A stretch of 64,000 nucleotides of DNA from Lingula anatina (taxonomy: Eukaryota; Animalia; Brachiopoda), in the NCBI GenBank assembly GCA_051362555.1, contig CM120643.1:16868848-16932847 (forward strand), in the 5' to 3' direction. The notes under the pieces were generated by a model. The model saw only the letters and a list, made by a program, of their open reading frames with translations, made no database searches and was not told the origin of the DNA. Numbering within the stretch: the first letter of the stretch is position 1; every line of letters begins with the position of its first letter. Made by a program: the position numbers and the translations under genes. Below are positions 13,520 to 23,331 of the stretch, in pieces.

Positions 13520-13711
13520 AGACTGCAAAGGGGGCTGCAATAACTTAAATATTTTTGCAGGGGACTGCAAAGGAGGCTGCAATAACTTAAACATTTTGCA
13601 GGGACTGCATAGGAGGCTGCAATAACTTAGGCATTTTTGCAGGAGACTGCAAAGGGGGCTGCAATAACTTAAATATTTTGCACGGGACTGCAAAGGAGGC
13701 TGCAATAACTG
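13520..13711. repeat. Tandem array of ~41-bp units (left subterminal array)
   Basis: About 5 copies of gggactgcaaaggaggctgcaataacttaaatatttttgca. Confidence 0.92.
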
Positions 13712-15269
13712 ACATTTTTAACGTTGCCCAACGTATGCAATAAAAAACCCAATAGTTACTTAAAAAGTGTTTCTATTCGCAACTGAGAAGCATGTATGCT
13801 AATCTTTTGATCAGTTATCAGGCTTAAAAGAAAACATTTTCTTTTTATTAAGAGCTTGTCAAATGACTTTAAAATTGTTTGGGTTAAAAGCAGTTTTTGG
13901 CTTTAATCCTCCAAGCTATATATACACTCATATATAGTACATTTACTTCACCTATAAAAAATAACTGAGTGAACAGATTTATATTTTTTAAATAATGCTG
14001 TGAAAATATTATATGCTTAATCATTGCTATTATTATCATTGAAATTAGACAAATGATTGAAGTCTTATTTAATATACAATTGCACAATGTATAAATTTTA
14101 AACCTCACAGTTAGCATCAATTTAAGTTGGACTTAAAATCAACTGGTAACTTTCAATAGACCAAATTCATTTCAAGTTAGGGGCATGTTTATCTTAACTG
14201 TCAGTTTGATATAAACAGTCCGCCTACAGCTTGCTCAATGAGATCAAATTACTATACTGGACAGTACATAGCACAGTTTAAACAGGCAGTAGTCCGTTGG
14301 GCTGATTCAAATATCTAAGCCAGAAGCTATAGGTCAGGAATGTTCTAAGGAAGAGGCAAGAAATCTGAAAACATTGATTTCTGGATTGAAAAAGAAGACA
14401 TTTTTAGGAAATATAGAAAGAAAAATGAAGAGATAAAGAGACAGGATAAGAAGTGAGCATGCAAGCCTTTTTGGTTTTGTATTTTCCTACATGTATAGTT
14501 TACTGATGCACCAGGATCCATAGAGCCTTGGAAAGTGTTCAATTTTAACCCAGCACTTTGAATTCTGTTTGTGGTTTTGAAAAGTACTTGGAATTGCTAT
14601 TAGGCTAGAAAAAGGTTTGCATTTAACCATTTTGGTCCTTGTAAAAATCTTATTTTAAATTCTTTAGTTTTTGGCATGAATATCAACAATAATTCACAGA
14701 TGAGGATAATTACCTTTTAAAACATCTCTGTACATTTCATCATCATGCAGTGTGTTAAAAATACCAAGTTTAAATGAAATGAGCCTTTTTTCCTTTGGTA
14801 TGTACACTTTAAAATTGTATTAGTGTATAACTTGCCCTCATTAGTTGAAAAAACCTTAAAAATTACTTGAAATATTGCTGTTATGTGTCTGTATATATGA
14901 ATCCTGGTCAGTGAATTCTGTGATAGAGTTTTTGGAATGATTAAATAACATACAGTAGAATTCCCAGCCCTCTGCTAATATGGGCTTTGTAGAAAAATAT
15001 ATATATATATGTAAAGCAGTAAACTGAAGTAAATTGTATGGAGAGAAATAAACCAATATGTTAGATATAAATGGATCAGATAACAAACATTTTATGATCA
15101 AGGGGAAATTTTGTATTTAGATTTGAACTTAAACACATACTTTGGAGAAAGATTATTTCTAAATTCCTTTTGATAAATGTAATTATTGTTTGAATATACA
15201 AAAAATAAATAAATAAATAAAATATATAAATAAAAAGATTTTACCAAATTTTATTTTGCCAGTTGCCTA

Positions 15270-15830
15270 GGGTGACTGCAGAGTAGACTGCTAGAGGGGC
15301 TGCCAAGCAGACTGCTAGGGGGGCTGCCAAAGCAGACTGCTAGGGGGACTGCCCAGGCAGTCCCTCTGGCAGCGCGTTCCAAAAATGCAAATTAAGACTG
15401 CCAGAGGGACTGCCAAGCAGACTGCCAAGGGGGCTGCCAAGCAGACTGCTAGGGAGACTGCCAAGCAGACTGCTAGGGGGGCTGCCAAGCAGACTGCTAG
15501 GGGGGCTGCCAAAGCAGACTGCTAGGGGGACTGCCCAGGCAGTCCCTCTGGCAGCGCGTTCCAAAAATGCAAATTAAGACTGCCAGGGAGACTGCCAAGC
15601 AGACTGCTAGGGGGGCTGCCAAAGCAGACTGCTAGGGGGACTGCCCAGGCAGTCCCCCTGGCAGCGCGTTCCAAAAATGCAAATTAAGACTGCCAAGGGG
15701 ACTCCCTCCATACTTAAGGATACCTGCAAAGGAGGCTGCTATGGGAGCGGGGACTGCTAGGGAGACTGCAAAGCAGACTCCATGGGGGGACTGTAAAGGA
15801 GACTGCAAGCAGACTGCAAAGGGGACTACT
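15270..15830. repeat. Higher-order tandem array (right subterminal array)
   Basis: ~24-bp units agactgctaggggggctgccaagc, punctuated three times by gactgcccaggcagtccctctggcagcgcgttccaaaaatgcaaattaa. Confidence 0.92.
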
Positions 15831-18736
15831 TTTCTAGCTGGGCAATTAACAGGCTGTATTCAACTTGATCATCTTTGTCAATACCACTTACCAAGTAATA
15901 TTGTTTCTCTTCTAACTTTCAATCTGGCATCTAAATCATGAATATAGTACACATAATACTCTTCCACTGCTTGGCATACTAGTATGACAAAGTGACTTTC
16001 AAATAGGGGTGATATTTTGCAGCACAATTAATACTTTGGGCATGGAAAACCCCAGCAAGATAATCTTTTGTTTGTAAACACATATTCTTGCATATCCTGC
16101 TCAACCAAGGATTAATATATGCAAATCTGGTACTGATATTCTTATCTAACTGATCTGAGGTCCTTATCTAAGAATCTTATTACCACAAATCTACTTTCAA
16201 GTCCTGTAATTAAGAGCAGGCGTGCAGCAGTCAAATTTGATGTTATCAATATCTCCCCTCAAAACTGACAGAAAATGTAAGCTCTTGACAGAAAATTAAT
16301 GCTAACCTCAATGGCTTGATTTAGCCTTTGGGTCTTAACACCACCATGAATGCCTTTCAAAGAAAGAAACCAACCATCAAGTATAATATATGACATGCTT
16401 CAGTATTTCACTGGAACAATAGATGGATGCACTGAAGCCCCATTAAAAATACCCCCTCCCCCACCCTTTAATTAAAACCTGATTCATTTAAACTTCCACT
16501 GGTTTCTCTTCAAATAGCTGTTAGGTAAATAAGTAAACACTCTACATTCTCACCAGAGAACTCAAGTGACATCAATTTATCACCTTAAGGACTATCTGCA
16601 TCTTTTTTAATTTCTTAGGATTTAGCTGTCAAAAGGATTCAATATTGTTGGCTTAGGCGAAGCTTTAGTTTCTTACTAGATAAACATGGCTTTAGAGTGC
16701 CAGAGCCCTGGTGACCACACCTGGGAGTCAGCCAGTATGTTTAACACTATATACTGACTTCTACATTCTGTAAATGTAATATAAACTAAATGGAATTTTT
16801 TTGAAATTTTGAAAATTGACATTTCTGATTCAGTGAAATTGGTCATAAGTTTGAAAACAAGTGGCTTTTTGGTGTTTAAAAAGAAACTTTGTTCAATCCA
16901 ATACTTATCTTTACTTATCTGTCACCTATCCATCACCTATCTGTCACCTGCATGCTTTAAACATGTTCCTCCTGTTATCCAACCAAGGTGTAGCTCAGAC
17001 AGTGTACAATAATAAGAATATGTTGTTGTCTTAAGTACAGAATGAGCAGAAATTTCACCATCATTTGTAACAGACACAGTCCTTGGTATCTTCATATTGT
17101 TTAGTTTTGTTGATAGCAACCATGTTTCACCACCAAGTACAATTCACTGTGTGTATCAGTTTTTTTCTAATAACTTTGATCACACTGGAATTTCCTTGAA
17201 ATCTCACTTCACATCTGGTTCTTTCTCTGACATTGGGGGAGGGGGTGGGGGTGGAGGGGTGCTTGATGTCTGGACTCTCCGCATAGAATGTATGATTATG
17301 ACTGATTTTTGACCATAGGAGTCCCTGAGTCCTAAGATGTTCTGGCTACTGCTAGACTATATACTGTTTGTCTCCGACTCAGCAGGCTACTGTCTAATAT
17401 TAAGCTACAGAATCTTTTTATTTAAGCCATTTGTACCTGTACCATTCATTATTAACAAAAGGTGGAACATCAAAATCACTGGAATCCATGAAGGAGTACT
17501 GCAGCAACAAAATGACTTGATCAGCATACTAGTATAGCATTAGTTTTTGTTAGTGTATGATAATACACACATTTCAGCACACTACGGCCATCAGTCAAGT
17601 CACTTGATATTATTTTCATCATTCAGTAGAGGAGAACCGGTGTCATTCACAGCTCACTGACTTCCTACATTCATTGCCAATGATGGTGCAATAATCATAA
17701 CTTCATCTACTGCCACGTTGTACAGTACATGTACATGTATATTAAAAATGCAAGGTTATTTTTGTATAACCCTGTGAGAGTATCATGTTATTTATTTAAT
17801 TGTTAGATTATTCAAACTGTAAATAGTTGACCTATCATTCTTTAAACCTTATAATAGTATAAAGCTTCACGCTGTATAGTACAAGAAATATTCTCTATCG
17901 TTACAAATTGTCCCTAAAGTGAAATTGCTAATCAGTATATAATATGACACAATCCACCTTTGTCTGCTTCACCTCTTCAATAACCCAATGCCTGTTATTG
18001 TTGCTTGGTAATAGTTCATTCATTTGTGCTTGGACAAAAAAAATACCCACATATTGTATGTGCCACACCCTAAAACACAGGTTTCTTGATTGTAATTTAT
18101 GCAGTTAATACAACAGAGAATGGTAAATATGGACAAAGAAGGACAATTTTAATTTGAATAAATCTTACAATAACATAGAAGAAGCTGTTTAGAAAGCATT
18201 TCATTCACCAAACAATACATAACACAGTAACTAACAAGTGTCTGTTGTTTATTGATACACATATTTAGTTAGTAGATGGCCTTCCAAACCACAAACGAGC
18301 TTTTATCACCACGAATTGCCAGGACATGAAACACATAATATATAAATGTTGCAGAAATTGGGATTATTTGCTGTGGGTAACCGAGGCAACATTTATAGTG
18401 ACGGTTACTATTCACCAGAAGAGTTTAGTAGGTCAATGTCGTATTAGTTTCGTGGGCCTACCTGCCCAAACGGATCCAATTCCCCGCCCAAACCTTCAAA
18501 TGAAATAATGTTATGAATAAAAGGTGCCATCTTACCTAATTGAAAAGTATAAGATCCGACAAATTCATACACTAACTTGGCTCTCCCAAATGATCCAGCG
18601 TTTTGTCGACGCAATAAATCGAATTTCTTGTGCAACTGCTATCCGTCGATCAGCTGAGCTACAGCTGTCAAAATTTGACCCCTAGAAAAATTTCCAGATC
18701 TACCGTTATTTGGGATCATATTCGAGTATTTCTTAC

Positions 18737-18860
18737 CTTTCCTGGTTCCTTGGATACTTTTCTACGCGTCTGGCTAAGTTTTGTTACGATACTTGTGTTG
18801 TAATCTTTGAAATTCACTATCAATTTTTTCACTTCTTCGATACGAGTTGTTGACGTTTCT
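18737..18860 (-). other. Putative non-coding first exon of TP53INP
   Basis: Minus-strand donor AAG|GTAAGA at 18737/18736 in a CpG-rich zone next to the promoter. An acceptor at 10901 precedes the ATG exon. The TSS position is approximate. Confidence 0.55.
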
Positions 18861-18864
18861 CAAA

Positions 18865-19060
18865 CCTTTGTTTACGTTTACATCTGCCACGTTTTCATTG
18901 GCTGATATCAAAAGACTTACTCCAAATAAGGTAAAACCTTATGAATATTCATGACGGAATTGTTCCTCCATGGCGTGCCTCAGGAGTGCTACATGTTTAC
19001 ATCACATGACAAGCTGAACTTTGACCCAGGGCGGCCGTAAACATATCCCGGAATGCCGTC
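18865..19060. promoter_or_regulatory. Bidirectional promoter shared by TP53INP (-) and C19orf12 (+)
   Basis: CpG-rich. Forkhead TGTTTAC at 18869 and 18994 and GTAAACA at 19037; ATTGG at 18897; CArG CCAAATAAGG at 18922; palindrome ATGAATATTCAT at 18941; M-box TCACATGAC at 19002; DR1 TGAACTTTGACCC at 19015. Outward-facing splice donors lie at 18736 (-) and 19211 (+). Confidence 0.65.
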
Positions 19061-19794
19061 TGATTTTCCGAATAAAAGCCTCGATTTCGGTATTGTATAT
19101 TTGTAGCTTGTAATATCAAAAACGAGGCCAATCGTGTATATCTGTCAAAACGAAACTGTAAAAAACCCCAGTGGATTAAAATACGATGTCCATCGATTCT
19201 TTGATATAATGTAAGTTGTTTTTACAACAGAAAACATTGCAGTCGGGATTACCGATCATTGAGAAAGGTATTTAGATTTTGCCATCAAACCTTTTTACGT
19301 ATAATGATACTGAAATTGATGATATTTTAACATAGTACAGTACATCACGTTATAGTATTATACGTGAGTCAAATGATCAAAAAATAAGTTATGCAATTAC
19401 TGATATATTAATGTTGTTACACAATGTATTGTAGACCTTTGAGGAGGCTAGCAATCAACTTAAGTTATCAGTTGTCAGCTGAGCTTGTAATAAATGCTAT
19501 TCTCTTTGCAGAGATTATTGTATGGTCTAAATTCTTATTTTTTTAATTTGTTTATTTGTTAAAAACCTTTGCTTCCGGGTTGTATGTTGTTAATGTTTGT
19601 TATTGTGGTTTTAAGTAGTACTCTGTTAAAATACAACAGTTGCTGAAAAGATTTATGTTTTCATTTGTGTATTACAGGACCATATATATACTGGTACATG
19701 TACATTTGACATTTGATGTAATCTGATAAACTGCAAAGTCAATCCTAGAACTGAATTGGAAGTACCAGGACATTAATTAAACCACATACTTAGG

Positions 19795-21498
19795 ATGCCT
19801 GTGGATGTCAATGAAGTTGTGGCAGTGTGTGCTGACTTGGCAGATGAAAAAAATCTCCGTGTGACAGTGCAAGAAGCACTGAGAGGTGGTCTGATTGCTG
19901 GTGCTACTACAGTAGCAGGGGGGTTGTTGTTAGGACCAGTTGGGTTAGCTGTAGGTAAGTAATAAATACAAGGCTGCATTCACAACCAAAGTTGATCTGC
20001 AGACAAACAGATCCCTGGCTCACAAATAGGGCCAATTAACCCACTTGAAAGCTTACCGTATAATCCTGCAGGGAATCTATTCAGGGTCAATGGGGACATT
20101 CAAAATAGATGATCCGAGTACTAACTGATTCACTGACTAAATATGGCCAACCATACTTCAAAAGCAATGCTGCTGATTTGCGATGGTCTCCCCTCCTCCT
20201 CACACTCCATAAAATGGATTAGATCTCAGCTCTGAGGTTTAATTGTTAGGCCCCTGCAGTGACGGCGCGTGTGGAGGTGGGGAGACCATCGGGAATCAGC
20301 AGCATCACTTTTGAAGTGTGGTAGGCCATACTTATAGTCGGCAGATCAGTTAGTACTCGGATCGTCTATTCTGAATGGCCCCTATGGGATTATGGAGCAA
20401 GCTTACAATTGGGTTGGCTATATATTTGATCCAGTGATCTGTTTATCTCCAGATCAACTTGTTCAGAATCCCCCCCCACCCCTCCCAGAGAGTCAACGAA
20501 ATGCATGTGATGTTAATGAGTGTGAAGCATATGAATAGATATGTCACATACACATTGGTGACAAGTGGTGTGTCTGCCTTCTACCATTTATACTGTTGTA
20601 ATATGTGCCTTGATGTGGTGCGTCTTGATCACGTGAGCTGGTAGAGCAGGAATAGTAGTCTAGAATGCGCCATGTTAGGTGACACGATGCAATGTTACTT
20701 CCATAATAATTCCATATGTATCTGTTGATTTTATTTGTGGTTTATGAGACACAATCACAACAATACCACATCAGATTCCAAGAACAAATCTTCCAAATTT
20801 GGTGTTACTTGCATTCATGTGTGATTTTACTGGGGCGGATCCAGAGCTATTTTCTGACAGTCTTCCAAATTATTTTGGTTGATCCATCCTCCATTTTTGA
20901 CCATCTTCCAACAAAAAATATAGATACCTGTCAATGTCTGAATATCTGACCGTCTTCCTGAAGACCCAGAAGACAGCCTCAATCTGCCCCTGTTTTATAG
21001 TAAGCATAAAGCACTGTCTGTATCACTTATTCTTATTCTTGACATTCACTGTGTTATGAATTGATATACACTTTTTTAATTTGATTAGAGTGGTTTGTGC
21101 TCTCTCTCACTCTCTCTCTCTCTCTCTCTTTTCACACACAGCTTTTTTTTTGGGGGGGGGGAGGGGATGTAAATTAGTATATTGTTGTCACTCTGTGGGT
21201 AGTTTGTTTTTATTCATCCTTTCACTTTGCAGGAGGAGCTATAGGTGGAGCTGCAGCCTATGCAAATGCACAGGGCAAATTCAAACCTGTTTCCACTGTC
21301 CTAAGAGAAATGGAGCCTGAGAAAAAGAAAATTTTGTACGATCGTGTGCAGCGCATCATAAGTGGCATTACCATTGAAGATGGCATTGCCTTGCTGGCTC
21401 TCATCCATTCAAGTGATCCAATGCAAGCAGAGTTCATGTGTGCAATCAAGTCTCTTGTCCAAGATCAGTTGAAGATGGAGCTAATAGATGGCCTTTAA
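19795..21498 (+). CDS. C19orf12: C19orf12 homolog (MPAN/nazo-like glycine-zipper membrane protein), 141 aa
   Basis: Exons 19795-19954 and 21233-21498 (phase 1) give MPVDVNEVVAVCADLADEKNLRVTVQEALRGGLIAGATTVAGGLLLGPVGLAVGGAIGGAAAYANAQGKFKPVSTVLREMEPEKKKIL...LKMELIDGL*. The GPxGLAVGGAxGG and FKPV motifs and the length match C19orf12. Confidence 0.92.
19989..20460. mobile_element. Nested foldback MITEs in the C19orf12 intron
   Basis: Outer arms aagttgatctg.aga.aaacagatc / gatctgtttatctccagatcaactt. Inner arms (~20092-20382) ggggacattcaaaatagatgatccgagtactaactgat / atcagttagtactcggatcgtctattctgaatggcccc. Confidence 0.8.
20830..20992. mobile_element. CAGGGGCGGATCCAG-type MITE
   Basis: Ends ctggggcggatccag and aatctgcccctg, flanked by a TTTTA direct repeat. 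Confidence 0.65.
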
Positions 21499-21649
21499 AA
21501 ACATTTAGCAATGTTTTGTGGTCTATGGTATCTGATAAATGTCTTCCTTTGAGTTTGATATTCTGTATAACAGTATTTATCATAGTTACCTGTATATGTA
21601 CCAAGTGTCCTGAATTTCCTTTGACTTTTTCTTTATTTCCAGATTCTTA

Positions 21650-21843
21650 GGCTCTGTTCCTACCAAGTTGTTCTGCCTACTAACTGATCGGTGAATCAAA
21701 TATGATTGACCCACTTCATAACTTTCCACGTAATCCCCTAATGGCTTCCCCATGGGGAATTCCCAGCAAGTTTTCTAGAAGGTTGGCCATATATGATCAG
21801 TGGATCAGTTAGTTGGCAGATTGACTTGGTCATGAACAGAGCC
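21650..21843. mobile_element. Harbinger/Tourist-like MITE in the C19orf12 3'UTR
   Basis: TIRs GGCTCTGTTC / GAACAGAGCC with TTA/TAA flanks. The subterminal tactaactgatc motif is shared with the inner 20.1-kb element. Confidence 0.75.
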
Positions 21844-22901
21844 TAATGTATTCCAGTATACATGTATATGTTTTTGAACAATGTATTTCTTAATAAGGTT
21901 ACATGCATTCCTTGCATTTTCACTTTGCATGAATTTGCAACTTTTGAGGAGTAGGTATTAATTTTATTTCTTTTGTAAGAATGCAACATGAATTTGAATA
22001 CAGGTTTTTACAAAGGAAATTGTGAAATGAAAGGCAAGAGGTCCCTAGTAGAGTCCCTTTGACTTTATTTTTTACAGAACATTGTAGTGTGGCTAGAGCA
22101 GCTTCTTTTTGAATGGTGTACTGTATATGTCAATTCATTCTTTGGCATTCAAAACTGTTTGAGGAAAAAATTAATGGATGAGGTATTGAAATTCTATGGA
22201 AGGAAGTTGGTGCAATATATCTTCTTCATTATTTTCTTTTAAGATATAGGGCTGTTGGTATTATTTCATTACTTTGGCTAACTACGTAAATTGGTTATAT
22301 TTTCATCAGCATTGGTTTGCCTATGTGTTTATTAGTTTATTTGTCTATAAGCCTCTATGTTAGTGGAAAAGATATTTTGAAAAAAATTTACAACTTTTAA
22401 TAAAAATTTCTGGACTCAAGAATTGATTGCAACTTCAAATGAATCTGGGTCTCCTTATGTTCAAGTCATGTGACCAATGGTCATTTTTTCATAGGTGGAT
22501 GTTTGCACTCTTGGAGTGCCCTCCAGTTTATAAGTTTTTATCACTGATAAGACAAAATAAGTTTGAACTAATTTGATTACAGTGAGACATTTAAAATGTG
22601 TAACTTTGTCTGATATCAGCTTATACTCAATCAAAAAATGCAAAATATTCTCTGGGATGTAAATTACTGGTGATATTAACAATGGTTGTGTATGGGTGAG
22701 TGATCCGGGGGAGGGGGGGCTTTTTTGCTCCTTAATTTTTTCTTGTTCAACTACTGATATTTTAGCATATCTCAAATATATGAACATACTAAAAGTGGCT
22801 GTGTCTAATGTCTTGTAATGAGGGTTTAATATTTGTTAGAAAAATATTTTGTACTTGTTATTGGTTTTTTCTAAATACGTTTGATGATTTGTTCTTTTAC
22901 A

Positions 22902-23331
22902 GGGGGCTGTAGCAATAGTCCGAAGGTTCAATAGTCTGAATGTTCACTATAAAACCTTGGGACCAATGAAACCTTGATAAAAAAACTGAAGAAAATGTTA
23001 CCATTTTGGTTACATCCCTATACATCCCCGCACCAATACTCCCCCGCACCGATACTCTCCCGCAGTATCGATGTGGGGGAGTATCGGTGTGGGGGATTAA
23101 CGGTGCGCCTACATCGGCAATTTTACTGGGGATGTATCGATGCGGGGATCTATCGGTGTGGGGTCATATCGATGCGCATAATACACATAAAATTACAAAG
23201 GGAGATTGTTGGTGCAGGGGAGTAATGGTGCAGGGGGAGCATCGGTGCGGGGGAGTAACAGTGCGGGGGAGTATTGACATGACCCCACCATTTTTCAGAC
23301 CAATGAACTTTCTGAATATCGAGACGCCCCC
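22902..23331. mobile_element. Two nested repeat-rich MITE relics
   Basis: Outer ggggctgtagcaatagtccgaaggttc...tgaatatcgagacgcccc. Inner (~23005-23285) is built from ~16-bp units atcggtgcgggggagt in both orientations. Confidence 0.6.

Larger units (their letters stand above)
13405..15842. mobile_element. Non-autonomous CACTA/EnSpm-like DNA transposon (~2.4 kb)
   Basis: TIRs CCCAGCTAGAA / TTCTAGCTGGG, a 2-bp CA duplication on both flanks, and GACTGC-based subterminal tandem arrays at both ends. The AT-rich centre has no transposase ORF. Confidence 0.75.

Noticed and set aside
13520-13711. Regular ~41-bp repeats resembling a CRISPR array
   Set aside because: The units are contiguous with no unique spacers, there are no cas genes, and the context is a eukaryotic intron. 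Explained as a transposon subterminal array.
13795-13805. ATGCTAATCTT, matching part of U6 snRNA in reverse complement
   Set aside because: Only 11 bp, with no flanking similarity; a chance match.
13328-15941. ORF-track peptides with repeating motifs (GDCKGGCNNL, LAVCLAAP, PPSSLLGS)
   Set aside because: Translation artefacts of tandem repeats, open on both strands.
17237-17260. G-run with G-quadruplex potential
   Set aside because: Similar G/C homopolymer runs occur throughout the window (378, 2049, 10316), and nothing indicates function.
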